From: Lama guanicoe
Lineage: Eukaryota
DNA: 64,000 nt
Direction of reading: 5' to 3'
NCBI GenBank assembly: GCA_013239625.1
Contig: MU056050.1
Coordinates: forward strand, 3,210,084-3,274,083
In this document: piece after piece, positions 39,558 to 53,236 of the stretch
Numbering within the stretch: the stretch's first letter is position 1
Layout: every line of letters begins with the position of its first letter
Translations under genes and position numbers: made by a program
Notes under the pieces: generated by a model
What the model saw: the letters and a program-made list of their open reading frames with translations, nothing else
The model's database searches: none
What the model was told of the DNA's origin: nothing

Positions 39558-41663
39558 CTGTCATCAAGTTTACATTAGTTTGAAAATTAATCAAAGGCAG
39601 AAATGGTTATTAAAACACAAAACCCCCCTTCACCAACAAAGTTAAAGGTTTTAAAAATATCAAAATTCAGTGCCGGGGAAAGCGAATAAGACTATTGTTT
39701 ATAATATAAATCAGTTATGTTTTTCTAGAAATTAATTTGAAACCATAAAAACAGAAATCTTAAAAGTATTCATTCTGTTTGACCTATTATTTTATTGCTA
39801 GAAGCTCTCCTAGGGAGATAATCTGAAATGTAGGCAAAGAGTCACGCAAAAAAAGTACTCAGTGTAGAATTATTCAGAATGCTGAAAAACTGGAGGCACC
39901 CTAAATATTCAGCATCAGGGGAACATTTATGTAAATTATAGCGCATGACAGAGCCATTAAAAAATTTTCCAAAAAGTTGTTTACTCATATTATAACTTAC
40001 ATGTAACTAGTGTTAAACAAAAGGCAAGACAGTACATAAATATGAGCCACATTAAATTAAAAAATTAAAAATCTGCAAGAAAATAAGGCAAAATGTTGAC
40101 AGTTCTTTCTAAGTTGTGGGAGAATTAAGTTTCTTCTGTTGCATTTTTATACTTCTTTGTTTTTTGAAAGTTACTGCTCTGTGCTCTCTAAATTTTCTAC
40201 AGTGATCATCTATTTCCTCAAAAATCAGAAAAAAAAATTTAAGTCACTTAACGTCAAAGGTTTGGACTCAAGTTTTATTGACAGGACCGATGGTCACACT
40301 TTTGTATACTGACACATCCCTTGGCTGTTTCTTACATCACTAGTGGTGTTTCCAAAACAAAACAAAGCAAAATAAATGCTTCCAATAGCTAAAATGCAAA
40401 CAAGGCAAGAAAGGTGAATTTGCTAAAAATTTTGGGCTGGTTTTCTGATTTCTATCAAGCCCACCTGGATGACTCACTTTTCTAGTTGGTAGGTTTGCAA
40501 TTACTCAATATGAAAGTGTAAATACTGCCCAAGCAGTGCAGTGCAACATAGGGGTGCCTCACACTAATCCTGGGAGGGAGGGAGAAAGTGATTATGTTGC
40601 CATGAAGTGAATCCAAGGAGTTCTTGTGTGAAATTTTGCTTGGGAGCCCCAAATAAAACTCAGATCTTTAGCTCAGATCAAATGTCTGTGACCTTCCCAA
40701 CAGTCAAGGTTCACATTATTATTTTTTATATGAAGGAAGCCTTGACTATGGGATTTACACCAAAGTCAATAAAGCTATCTCCTGCTTCTGAAAAAAAGTA
40801 TCAATCAGAAAACCGGCACGTATGTGCCCTTATTATCCCAGGAAGAGCACGGTTATAATGCCAAGTTAGAACTTCACAGCCTCACAGCATTAAAAAAAAA
40901 ATTTAATGTGCAGTTTAAAATATTTTTGCCTGATTTAACTAGTCACAGATCTTTCCCTTTAGGAAAAGTTGATATAGTGACCATAGACTTAAAAGAATAG
41001 GCAAAAAGAGGCACATTATTATTCACATTGAAAGTCAATCCTTTTCTTTATATGTATATATTTCAAAAGAAGGTGACCCTTAAAATAGAAAGGGCCCCAG
41101 TGCTAGGATTGTCAGATGATACAAAGACAGCAGGAAATTCAAACTCAGGATAAAACATTAGGAGTCATGGTCAATTTCACAGCCATCAGAATGGAAGGTA
41201 ACAGATCTCAGAAATCTGAAAGTAAGTCAAATCAATTTAAAAACAGGCTTTGATTAACAACCATTTACACACATTTGCCCAACAATATTTTCAGTTCAAA
41301 CAGTGAGTTATCTTACTCTAGGGTTATTTTCTAGAATACCACAGTCCTTTTGCTCTGATATTAAAACCTAAGTATTTATAATGGCTAGAGGATAACATTA
41401 GAATATCCTTTTGAAACAGCTTTTTCGAAATTCTCAGATTTGTTAGAGTCAAGCATGGAATAAAATTGGTGCCTGTGATATGCTATACTCTTAGTATACT
41501 TGCTGTTGTATTGTCTGAGCCACAACTAAATAAGACATAAATTTAATTTCTGGCAAGCATTTGCAATTTATGAGTCAAGAACTCTCTGAGAAGAGAATTT
41601 GATGTACTTTCCACCTGCCCTTTTATCAACATTAAGCAAACAGTATGTTTTACTACAACTCAC

Positions 41664-41782
41664 TTCTGACATTTATCAGCTGCTTTTATTTGTTTCTCTG
41701 CCAACCTCAGCCTTGTCAGCAGGACTTCAGCACAACAGCAACGGCAGCCTGTGCCAATTAGACCCTTTTCAAATAAACTGTT
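41664..41782 (-). pseudogene. Exon relic (RGS helix-7-like)
   Basis: Donor GAA|gtgagt. NSLFEKG, and LAQAAVAVVLKSC* in a shifted frame. Confidence 0.5.
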
Positions 41783-42139
41783 CTTTTTAGAACAGCACAC
41801 ATTTGATTAGACCAAAAAATGTAAAAATGATTATCATAGAGGCTGAGGGCAAGGAACGAACCCATTCTACATCACCCATTCCTCTCTTTATCTAGCCAAC
41901 ACAGACTCCCAACTAAGAAAGAAAAAGAAGCCACAGAATGTAAGTTATTTGGTAGCTTGAAACACACCATGATATTTATATGTTGTTTGGAAACAATATT
42001 GATGATTAGAGTATATTCCCAGGGATTGAATTAATAACAAATGACAGAACTCCATTTTTTCATGAATTATTATGAAGTAGTAGATGGGAAATTTTTGTCC
42101 TGAGGATTCTACCCACAGTCTTCCCACACACATATGTAC

Positions 42140-42256
42140 AACTCCTCTGAAAAAATGGCTTCAAGAAAGTCTCTCTTCTCTTTTATTTAGCAAGGCACTA
42201 TGCAGCTTGCCGTCCTGGGCTAACGGCCAGAAGAAGATTATGGCAAAAATAATCAC
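42140..42256 (-). pseudogene. Exon relic
   Basis: ttgcaaag|GTGATT. VIIFAIIFFWPLAQDGKLHSALLNKREERLS* (FW helix-4-like); the donor is weak. Confidence 0.4.
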
Positions 42257-44087
42257 CTTTGCAACATTAAGGAAAACACGAAACTGGCACTATGATTCAG
42301 GGGCTTATTTCTTTCCCTCTAAATATGATACCACGTTTTTTTGTTTTTTATTTGGGAAATGGTTTTCTGCAAGATGTAGCTAAAAAAAGTTGTTTTCTTT
42401 TCAACAAATGGCTAGAAGTGCTGAGAGATTTCCTGTTAAAACTGTGTAAGGCATTCTACTACTTAAAAGGGGATTTAGTGTTGATGAAAGATGCCAGTTT
42501 GACAGCCATGGAAAATGAAGGAAGCATTCTTTATTCCCAGGGCACATCATCTCAAAACAAGGAATCATCTCTTACGGTTAAGAGGGTCATACCTTATTGT
42601 TTAATATTCATTGAGCGTACATGCATGCTCAATGATGGAAAGATACACAGGAGACACACTATGTGTCCTCCAAGACAGTAAATACTTGAAACCAGCATAT
42701 TCCTAGTCTCAGGGGCATCACAGACAAGACTAGTGGCCTCTACTTTAAAAAGGTCCAAGCTAGTGGGTGAGAGATTCAAAAGGGGGATAAAAATTACTCA
42801 GTTCGGACATCTTTACTATTTCCTGTAAGTTTTCACCTTCTGTAACTAAAATTTGGGACTTCTTGGGCTCATAGTTGTATAGTAGCTGTTACATAGTTTA
42901 TTATGTGGGCAATATTCATCACAAACTCTATCTACCTCTACCCACCTCCTCATAAAACAGAACCCAAACCAAACACCTCTTCTTAAATACTCATTCCTCA
43001 TAGTTCTTCAGCGAGTATATAAAACCTGCGAAAAATCATTTGGCCTCAGTACCTCAAACACAGTAAGTATCCGTGGCACTAGGAAGCCTAGATTAGGTGG
43101 TTACCTGGTCCTGACTCAGCACAAAGTGAGAGTGAGCGTGGAGAATAGAACAACTCCCAGGGGAGTTGATTTTGCATTAATGAAGTGGATAGGGAGTATA
43201 GGGGAAGCTCTCTGAGTATATGTACTGCATGGAAATTTGCAGTCAGGGATGTCGGGGGCTAGACATGGAGAACTGAGGCTGGCCTGACATATCACACTTT
43301 CTCTGCCTGGCTCCGTGAGCCCAGATGTTAATAAGGGCTGCTGTCAAAAACTGAAGGATCTGTGTTCATGAAGGATTGAGCATAAGTGGTGCTGCTTCAG
43401 GGGCCAGGTGACAAAAAGTGACATAGAATAGGGGAGAGGGCCAGTTTGCTCATGTTTGCATGGAACACAGTATGAATGTGGCCACACAGTGAGGGCCAAG
43501 ACATCATGGTAGAGTTTGGTACCCTAAAGGTGGTGACATCAGGAATCCTGAAGGGGAAACAGTCTACATAAAGAGTGTAGCATGAGTTGTGGCAATGGCA
43601 ATAGAAAGGCCAGAGAAGAAAACCGTAAAGGATTGGCCCTGAGTATGTGAGGTACTGGGTGATTCCAAAAATAATTGGAGAGACACAGGTAGTAAAAAGC
43701 TGTGATCTTACAAATTGCAGGGAAAACCTGTGAGTGTCTACTGGGACACGAGGAAAATCTGAGTACTGATGTTCATGTGACCTCATTTGTTCTAAGACGG
43801 ATGAAAGCATATGGTCCTTGAATAATGAAAAAACTCAAGGCATTTTCTAAACAGGCTGTTGAGCCTAGCCATGAGCACTCTCAGCTCTTATACACACAAA
43901 GCTTGCTACAAAGTTAGGATACTGAACTCCACAAGCCCTCTCAAGGGAACCAAAGAGCATCATCTACATGTCAGAAGTTATCGGCGTTCCATACTGGTTT
44001 TGTTTGTGTTCAGAGTTTTTAGGTGTTTTCCTCTGGAGCCCCTGGGGGTAATAGGCTGTGATGATTTAGAGTGGGGCAAGCCCATAC

Positions 44088-44407
44088 TTGTCTTTGTCTT
44101 GGCGAAGAACAATTTTTGAAGATCTTTATGTCCTTTGACTTTTTCCCTTGTTCCTGACACAACATTTTCACAAATTCGTTCTCTGTCGCCCGAGTGCTCT
44201 ATCTCTGGAGATTGTTTCTTTGGTTTTCATAATCCACTGCAGCCTTCTGCCTCTCCTCCCTTAAACTTCTTCTTAGGGCCTGAACTTGAGAGCTTCCCTA
44301 GACATCCTCTCATTGCTAATCTCTTGCTCAAAGTTCTGAACAAAAACCTAGAGCATCTGGAAGTTCCAGCTGATTTAAGGCAGCTCATTGTACCAATATC
44401 CCACAGG
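44088..44407 (-). pseudogene. Long low-complexity linker exon relic
   Basis: cttcaatcttccatgcag|CCTGTG. One frame is open apart from a single TGA (44227-44229); candidate donor AA|gtatgg. Confidence 0.45.
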
Positions 44408-45479
44408 CTGCATGGAAGATTGAAGTGTGTGTATGTGTGATGAGAAACGGTACTCAATGACTCTTGGCAAATTTGGAAGCTGCTTCTTTTTCATTATCAT
44501 ATTTTATTCATCAGCAACCAGAAGGCTGAGACTTTAACGAACTTTGTACCAACAAAAATGTGTTACATAAGGGACTTCACTCACTGTTTAGCTAACAGTC
44601 CAGAGGAAAAGCAAGTTTATAGTGTATTAATTCATGAGGAAGAACTTTGGAATTGTCTTTAAAACAAAGTAGTATTTGAAGGATTCTAAGCCTGGGAAGT
44701 ACTTTCATAGAGAATCTCGTTTTTTAAAACAATGAAACCCCAAATTCCCATCCTGAGAACTAATATTGCAACATGTTAGCATCAAGCTTCAAATGGATTG
44801 GTATTTATGGCATTATGAAAATTGTGCCCTCTGTGAAGTCACCTCAAGCATAGTGTGGGGGATTTAAAAAAAGGAAAACATTAAAATAGGTCACGATATG
44901 GCAGCAGTCAATGACTTGCCACCCTCTCCAAATATATGTTTGTCTCAGAGAAATATTTCACTGACTAGCACTTTGTCACACGGCTCACTTCTCATTACCA
45001 TTTCAAATGCACTTTCTGTGCTCTGAGGTACCTCTCTGCTGCCCCAGGGCTTTGCCAAGACACTAAAAAGTTTAGTTGCCATGCATAATATACAACACAA
45101 GTTACTAGTATGAATTTTTAACACTGTTTTGCTTTATCACATCCCAGAGCCCCTGGAGATCCAAGAAGTTGGGGGGGTTGTTATTTATTTATTTATACCC
45201 CCCCACACAACTTCCTCTTTTAAAAAAAATGCAATCCTTGCTATTGCCCTGGGCATATATTCATAATAAAACACTTAAACAAAATTAGAACAAATGAAAA
45301 CATACCCATCTTAAGGCAATTGTCAAAACAGAAATAAGTGTCTGAATGAAGCCTTTAGCAGAAGCAAAATGAGACAAATAAATATTATTCAGGGAGTTAC
45401 AATTACACCTGAATAGAAGAGTGTTGTTTAATGTCCAAAATAGTGTCTGTTTCTTAGCCAGCGAAACATATTATTCAGT

Positions 45480-45740
45480 ATGATGAGAGGATAAGAGCTT
45501 GGCTCTGGAGCCAGACGATCACTGCCTGTGTTTGAATACAGTCTCTGCAATTTACTAGCCGTGTAACCTCAGATGGACTACTGAGGTTCTCCGGCTTTGA
45601 TGGTCTCTCTTGTAAAATGGGAATCATAATAGGGTCTACCTCATGTAGGGATTACAGGAGTTCACATACGGAAAGCACTTAAAACAGTACCTGGCAGACA
45701 GTAAGCATGCAATAAATCCATGAAGTGTTATTATTGACAC
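45480..45740 (+). mobile_element. MIR SINE
   Basis: ggataagagcttggctctggagccagac...tgtaaaatgggaatcataata...acctggcagacagtaagc. Confidence 0.75.
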
Positions 45741-45776
45741 TATTAGATGTAATAGGAAAACAATTTTTTTGGTTAC

Positions 45777-45832
45777 ATGCATTTTGGCCATCAAAGCACA
45801 TCTTTTCTGGAAATAGCAAAAAATAAAAATAC
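45777..45832 (-). pseudogene. Exon relic
   Basis: actttctttcag|GTATT...ATGCAT|gtaacc. Contains FPEKMCFD versus RGS22 FSEAIRFN. Confidence 0.45.
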
Positions 45833-46081
45833 CTGAAAGAAAGTTCAATAGAAATTGTACATCCTGTACTGATAGGTGGAAATTACCAAGAGCCAACATC
45901 TAAAAGTTAGGTACACATTATAGGTTAAATTGGTAGGTTTACAAAAGAGAAAGGTGAGCTTCTAAACATAGGCTGAGTCAGTTCAAGAGACTTTTTACCA
46001 ACACTGTTCAATACTAGATCTATGAGTGGTTATAAAATGATCCCTCTAGGTCTGGAGAAGCATTTCATGGAAAATCACCAC

Positions 46082-46193
46082 CTGACATTCCAAAAAGGCT
46101 CTGCCCAGGAGATACAGAGTAGAGTCAGTAGTTTTCGTGCAGACATTCTTATGTGCTTAGTGGGTTCTTGGAGTCGTAGGTTTGGCAATTGAA
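46082..46193 (-). pseudogene. Exon relic
   Basis: ctatctag|TTCAA...TGTCAG|gtggtg. Ends DSTLYLLGRAFLECQ, resembling the RGSL1/RGS22 N-terminal D..L/F.D.FN.FLSLP motif. Confidence 0.45.
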
Positions 46194-46499
46194 CTAGATA
46201 GACTCTATAGTTTATTTCGGCTTTAGAATTTTATGATTTTATGACTCACAATATTTCTCATATTTTTATTACATTATCTGCATGCTTAAAACTGTCCCTT
46301 AGCTTTCAGTTAAAACCTACAAAGAGTAACTCTTTACCTCTAGATGTCTCATCTATCTCGCTTAGCTTTTCTTTTTATTCCCAGTTTTCTACCCCAAAGT
46401 CACCAGCTACTGTTCGTATTTTTAAAGCACATCCCCAAATATAAATGTACAAATAAGAATATATTGGATACTTTTTCTCTTGTTATTGAGAAACACCAT

Positions 46500-47290
46500 T
46501 TATACCACTCTTTAACTTCTCAGGGGCTTTGCCTGCCATTGTCAATTTGATTTGAAGGGAAAACTTGAGAGTCATTTCAGATCATGTTCTTCCTTTCAAT
46601 TCCTCTGTACAACTGGTCACCAAGTTCTGTGGATCATACCATCCAAATAGGAAAATAATATTAATTATTTATTGAGTACTCACACCAGGCACTATGCACA
46701 TCACTGTAGGCTCAAAGAAGTTAATAACTTTCCAAAAGTCACAGAGATGGTAAGTGGGGTTGCTAGAATTAATAGGTCTTTCTGACAGACTCCAAAGCTC
46801 ATGCTCACACCATGCTGTCTCTTCCATCACCTTATTTCATCTTCCACGGCTTTAGTCCGAACAATTATTTCTCATTTGAATCAATGAAATAACCTCTTAA
46901 TTGGCTTCCTTGTCTCCAGATTTAACCATCCCTCACTCAATCTTTTTTTTCAAGCTGCTGCTAGATTTAGCTTTCTGAAATGCAAATGCAATCATGTCAC
47001 TTGCATGCTCCCCATTGCCTTTAGAATGAAGTCCAAATTCCACAGATGACATAGAAGGAAGGCCCTTGCTAAAGCAGTCTCTGTCCATCTCTCTGGCCTC
47101 AACCCCCAGAGGCACATTTCGCTCTGGATAAACTAAGCTAGCCTTAGTTTCTCCAATAACTCCATGCTCTCATGCCTCTGGGTTTTTGCACATGTGACAT
47201 CACTAACCCATTTTGTGACCTGGAGTCCGTTCTGTTCTTTAAGACTTCTTAGCACATAGGAGGTGCTCAGTAAATATCTTTTGGCTAAAA
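46500..47290 (+). mobile_element. L2 fossil with nested MIR fragment
   Basis: L2 motifs (aacctcttaattggcttccttgtctcca; cacataggaggtgctcagtaaat). Confidence 0.55.
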
Positions 47291-47760
47291 CAATAATAAA
47301 GGGCATTTCCTTTTCAAAATTAAGGGATAGAGATGAACATGGGTAAATACAGTAATCTGATTTGCTAAAATGCTGTAAAAAGTACATTTGGGGTTTATGC
47401 TTCTAGAAATTGTTTTCCCAGCCATGACCTCTTATCTGTAAAATGTTGCCCAGTGAGCAGATCATAATTATGAAATATAATGTTTGGATATTAGGCAGTA
47501 GAATCCTTGCTATGTTCATTAAATATACATTAGTTGATATTTATAAATGTTTTATATATATTACAAAATGTTAAAATACATTTCTGCTCTATGAATGAAT
47601 TCATTACAACATTCGACTCTAGTTTTTATTAACCTCTTACCCTAAGTGTTAATATTTCCTGTCCTATTGGGAGCAATAGGACACATTCCCCACATTAGCT
47701 TCTAAGAGGTCACTGATTTGTTTTCAGCTTGCTGGTCACTAGGAGTTGGCACAGAGTTAC

Positions 47761-47899
47761 CTTCATAAATGATTCAAGGTAATGGCAAATATTAAAATTA
47801 AAGAAATAACAGCAAAAATGGGGCTCCACAAGTGAAAAATTATCATTGGAATATCACTCCTCAGGGGAATCGTCCCACTTAGCCATTCATTAAAAGTTG
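47761..47899 (-). pseudogene. Exon relic
   Basis: ctttcctatgtccttgaag|CAAC...ATGAAG|gtaact. TFNEWLSGTIPLRSDIPMIIFHLW..., one late stop, phase 1 to 2 matching the next exon. Confidence 0.55.
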
Positions 47900-48613
47900 C
47901 TTCAAGGACATAGGAAAGAGGCACAGCTGTTGCATGCACAATAGGGATGTTTTGTGAGGGGGAGAAATTGAGTTTAAAATATATAGTGTGGGCTCTGGAA
48001 AGGCTCATGATGACTTTGCCAATAAAACGATTTTCCACGGACCACAGGTGACTTAGTGGTATTGGTTTATGGGATCAAAGCAGGTGAACATTTTTAATTA
48101 CAATTCCATGTCACACCAGTAAAGCATGTTCAATATAATTTGATATTAAGAATTGTCTAAAATATATCGCTTCCTACACTCACATCAGTACTTTTACAGA
48201 AGAGCACATACATGCATGAATGATAAATGTATCTGTGACTATGCGGGAAAATTTGCCCCCTCCTCCCTTTCAAAGTAGCACCTATCTTTTGTCTCCAGGT
48301 CTTCAAACCTCTTTCGTTGTTAGTATCTGAGTCTCACCCAGCTCCCTTACAACCCTTACTTCAAAACTTTGTATCTTCCTCTTTTCTTCTCCTCCTACCT
48401 TTTCCCCTCTTCTCTCAATCCTCAGCAGAGTATTTGTAACCTGTCTGACCATGACCCTTTATTTCTACCTAAGCATAATAAAATCTTGATCCTTTTATTA
48501 GAAGGGAGATATTTTCCTTGTAATTTTTTACCTCTTATATTCAAACCTCAAGAAAATTGATAAAGATTCAAAATGCAGTGCAACCACGTAAATATTCCAC
48601 ACCACCACCTTAT

Positions 48614-48665
48614 TTGCCTGACTGCTGAATTGTCCCTCTCATAAAAGTAGATGGTTTCCTGATAT
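48614..48665 (-). pseudogene. Exon relic with mutated donor
   Basis: aatgcag|ATATC...AGGCAA|ataagg (GT>AT). YQETIYFYERDNS versus RGS22 N-terminal FSEAIRFN. Confidence 0.4.
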
Positions 48666-49672
48666 CTGCATTTAGCATTAGTTTTCCGTGTTGTCTCATA
48701 TCCCAGAATCAGAATTAACACGCTTGAGAAAACAGTCTCCACGCTATCTCTTGATCTGCTCTTATTTTATCTTTGCTTTACTCCTACTGCTTTGGCTTTC
48801 TGAGCTTGGATCTTTGTCACTCTTACAGTATTTGTTTCGGATCCTTGCTCTCTATCTGGATTTGGATTCTCACTCTACTGATTCCAGTCTGTTAATCCCA
48901 TGATTTGTGAAGTTAATCAGGTTATGTTCCTGGGCTGCTCACTGGCCTCAACCTGGTATAATCTAGACCGTAGTCTGAGCCTTAGGTTTTGCCATCCATC
49001 AACGACACATAGATTGTGCTTTCTCTATCGTGTCCTGATCAGTTGGTTCAATGACACAGACATTTATAAAACAGACTTGGAAAAAAAACTACTTTCTTCC
49101 CTTGAAGGCCATTCTGTCTAAAGAGGTGAATATGGCTCCATCAGCATTGGAAACAAAGGCAGACGTGTTCTCTGCTTGGTGAAAATCAGTGAAGTGTAAA
49201 ATGGGTTATGTTTGAACCATATAAATGCTGCCTCTAAACATATCATATTATCATCTATCAAGGAACCTTAAACAATCACATCTGAGTGAATGTGACATAG
49301 CCTCTTCCATATCTAAAATGTCTACTGGACCTATGGGATAACAAAAAGGAATTACTGAAACTCACAAGGAGGATGATAGTGGAAAAAGTATTTTAAACAC
49401 AGCATTATTTTAATTATAGTTTAGCTAGGGAAACAAAACAGGCAGAGAGAGTTTTGTAACACTGCAGAGATGGTTGTTAACTGCTGTGTAGTTAGGTGCA
49501 AAAACCCCAAAACACATTGCCAAACATTTTGTATTTTACAGATGTCTATTGGAAAAGTATACCCCCTAATCTTATTCACAAACAGAAGATACATTGCTCA
49601 CACTTAAAGAAAATGAAATCAAACAGGATAAAACATGAGCAGAGAGACTTCAGACATGTCCCCCAGGCATAC

Positions 49673-49748
49673 CAGCTTGTCAAACTTGTGAAGAAGAGCA
49701 GTTCTCTAGCTAGATACGGAGATTCTTCCTTCAACTGGGCAGATGGGC
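49673..49748 (-). pseudogene. Exon relic
   Basis: catttaccag|GCCCA...AAGCTG|gtatgc. YLARELLFF (frameshift) HKFDKL versus recalled RGSL1 FAINDLYFFSEMEKFNDL. A small following exon candidate lies at about 49563-49602. Confidence 0.6.
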
Positions 49749-50039
49749 CTGGTAAATGCACAAGCAATTAGCTTTTGTGCTGAAGCAGAAAAACCAAGAG
49801 GAAAAGAAATAAATGTGCACCATATCAGTACAATCCAAAATTAATCTTCTGTTCTGTAATCACAGGGATGCAGTAAACTTTTTAGAATTTGGGCTGCATT
49901 TTTAAGAAGTTTGGAAGTTATATATAAGAAAGGAAGATCAAAACAATTGTATTTACAGAAGGCATCTGTCTATTAATTGGGTGTGAATCTAAGTTTTCCA
50001 TATGAAAATTGAAATAAAAGAAAAAGATTGGAAAAGGTT

Positions 50040-51030
50040 AGTAAGCCATAAATAAAGTGAAAAGACAAGCCATAGACTGAGAGGGGATAGTTTCAATGTA
50101 TATAGCTGACAAAGGATCAGTATCCAGAATATAAAGAATTCCTACACATCAATTAGAAAAACATTAACTACTCAAAAGAAAAAATAGGAAAAGGACAAAA
50201 TGAGGCAATTTACAGAGGGAGAAACCCAATGGCCAATAACTATGAAAAGAAACTCAACCCCACCAGTAACAAAATTCTATTTCATCCATTAGACTGGAAA
50301 AAGTCGTAAGTCTAATAATACCAAGTGTTGGTGAGGGAATGAGGAAACAAGAACAGCTAAACATCTCTGGGTAGGAGTGAAAGGAGATAAAATCATTTTG
50401 GAAGGCAACCTGGAATATCTAGTAAATTTGAAGTTGAAAACCCAATTCAATTTCTAGGTATCGAGCCTAGAAAACTTTTATATGCATATATATATGCCAG
50501 GAGATAGGCCTAAGGAGGTTCACTAAAGCCTTGTTCATGGTGGTAAAAAATTAGTTAACTTCAATGTCCATCAGCAGAGGAAATGGATAGTTAAACTGTC
50601 GTTTACTAATAAAAAGAAGTATTACACAACAATTAATTGCCTAGATCTGTCTTTATCAACATGAACAAATCTCAAAAACAAAGCCGTATGGAAAACTCAA
50701 TTTGAGAAATGTACAATATTTATGCAAATTTTAAAGGCAGAAGTAGTTTTAGTCATTTTAGTGATGGGTACTTATATATATAGTAAAATTATAAAAATAT
50801 ACATGAAATGATACAAACCAAATTCAACTCCAGGAAAGTGGTTAACTCTGGGAAGAAAGGAGGTGGGAAGAGCTTTACACAGGTCTTTAACATTTGTTTC
50901 TCTGAAAAGATAGAGTGCTATGGAACAAATGTGGCAAGATGTTAAACATAGGTTTAATACTGGTTATGAGCATATACATTTTGTATTTTCTGCACGTTTT
51001 TGATATGTTTAAAAGGTTTAATACAGAAAA
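50040..51030 (+). mobile_element. Old L1ME-type 3' fragment
   Basis: aagtgaaaagacaagccatagactgaga...tctaataataccaagtgttggtgagg...aatgtccatcagcagagg. Confidence 0.7.
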
Positions 51031-52834
51031 ATAGTGTGCATGTTTGTGTGTGTGTGTGTGTTTAGAAAAGACTAGGGACAGAAAATGGACTGCCTCTGTA
51101 CAAAAGGGTGATGGAAAGTTGCCGATTAGACAGAAGGAACATCATCAGCTCTGTTCATCCAATGAAAATGTTTATCAGCTAGTCATGAAAGGGTACGATA
51201 TTCAGAACAGGGAAATTAATGAAACAACTTCACAGCACTTTTTCTAAGTGAAGTACTTCAGCGGTCATTTTAGGCATGGACCAAAAAAAAAAAAAACAGT
51301 CCTTTTAAATCATCCGGCTCCTGTCCTTCAGATGTAATCAGCCTCAATCCATTCTGTCAAGTGATTGGACCTTATCTCTTTAGTACATCACAAGTGAAGG
51401 AGGTCCTGCTGTTTTTAGTTCTGCTTATAGTAAATCCTTGATGGCTTCACAGCTGAGTGACAGGAGTGGATAGAGTACAGGATTGGAGCCTTGAGAATTC
51501 AATCTCTGGCAATGACTTCTTAAAAGTGGGACATGTGGCTTGACCTCTCTGGACCTCTGTTCTCCCACCTTTCAAATGAAGATAATAATATAGACCACCA
51601 GATACTACTTTTAAAATATACTTCTTTTCTTGGATACCCATCATTAGACAAATGCAAGGTGTGACACGATAACTTTAAGATAATGATGTCATAAGAACAC
51701 ATGGCATAAAATTCCTTGATAGGCAAAAGCCACCTTGATAAGTTCTTTTGGTACCCCCATCAACTAAACCCTCTTCAGAGGGCCTCAAGACTGATCTGTC
51801 TGCTTCATACTAAATATAATATGATTATAAACTATTTATTAAGTATTCAGATTAACCATCACCTAGCTATGAGTATTAGCTATTCATTTTGCAATGAATG
51901 AGACTTAGCAATAACCATGGCAAAAGCATGGAAAAAACATTCAGACATTTAACTCACAGAATGACTGCCAAGGTATCTTTATGTGTATAAATTATGTTAG
52001 ATGGTAAACTTTAGAAATGCCTTAGGACTAACCCTTTGAGTGTACATTTGCAGAGAAATGTGGAAAAGAAAGAAGAGGGGTTGCCATATAGCTTAACAAT
52101 CATATAAATCCGTCAATGCATACAGCACAACATCTCAGACTTGCCCTATGTTCCCAAAAGCTGCTGACCTATACTCCTTATGTTAATCAGATCATGCTTA
52201 AAACTTATGTGATAATCAGTACCAAACTGCCTATTTGACCACCTCAAATGAAAAGAGCTAAAAATACCTGGAGATGTATATATGTGTCTCCAGGTATGCA
52301 CGCGCGCACACACACACACACACACACAAATATACATAATTTTACTTGGGCATTAATATGTTGCAGCAAAGTTAATATGCCATTTTACTTTTACATTTCA
52401 GTTAGATTTCTCTAGCAAAAAATGGAATGAGGTTACAATATGATTTGCTGTGCTTATTTCAAGGTGATTTACACTTTTTTTGTTGATCAAAATAGGGACA
52501 CAGTCACCATGGATAAGACATTTCTATACCTAAAATTACTTCTAGAGAGTGTGTACCCGAGGGCTCTGAGAAGTAAAACCTTTCCATGTAACTAGAGACT
52601 TCTGGTAAAATGACAGGCAACAAAAATAGTCAGAAAATAGTTAGCTGTCTCTAAGCATTATCCTCAGTTGGGTGGAGAAAGGATTTCCCCCTCTGCCTTT
52701 CTACCTCAATGGAAAGCACACACTTAGGTAAACACACCATCTTTTGTCTTTTTGGCTAAAGAAAGAAAGCGAAAACAAGAGAGCAACCAGATAAGCAACA
52801 GAATTTAAACTAAAACTACACCCAGCTACAGTAT

Positions 52835-53088
52835 TTAGGGAGCTGGCATTCTGTAAATGAAAGCAATGACTCCTGGACTCCTGCAAAGGCAAAAAGACTT
52901 CCTTGGTCCACAACGTGTGTTCCCCATCATTAGGAAAGAGTGGACAAAACTGAGCCCCAAGGAGCACCAATCATGTACAATTGCTTTCACATCATTCCCA
53001 GTAACCTGGGGCCTCTCAAAAGCTCTGCATGCAGAGCATGGGTTGTGACCCATCTTGACTAGTAGGTGAGTAGTCTGGCTGCCTCTTT
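52835..53088 (-). pseudogene. Exon relic, in frame with the preceding exon
   Basis: ttcttaataattctcag|AAAGAGG. The phase-1 frame is open for over 80 codons and includes ORF 52835-53053; the 3' boundary is uncertain. Confidence 0.55.
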
Positions 53089-53236
53089 CTGAGAATTATT
53101 AAGAAAAAAAGGAATGAATTTGGAGAGGATTTGATAGACACAGAATCAACATGCCACCTACTGGTCCTTTTACATGTGGTCAAGACCTACTATGTCTTTA
53201 TCACCTTAGATGCTGTCAAACCACCACCCAACTTAC

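Noticed and set aside
43070..43800. Purine- and G-rich segment with ORF 43397-43810
   Set aside because: Looks like an old LTR-type fossil, but I cannot assign a family and the ORF has no recognisable product.
44245..44305. LGKLSSSGPKKKFKG resembles GREB1 LGILSNSGPPKKRHKG
   Set aside because: Short low-complexity match; no other relic resembles GREB1.
47660..47683. 10-bp hairpin tgtcctattg-ggag-caataggaca
   Set aside because: Short stem with no supporting context; may be a chance occurrence.
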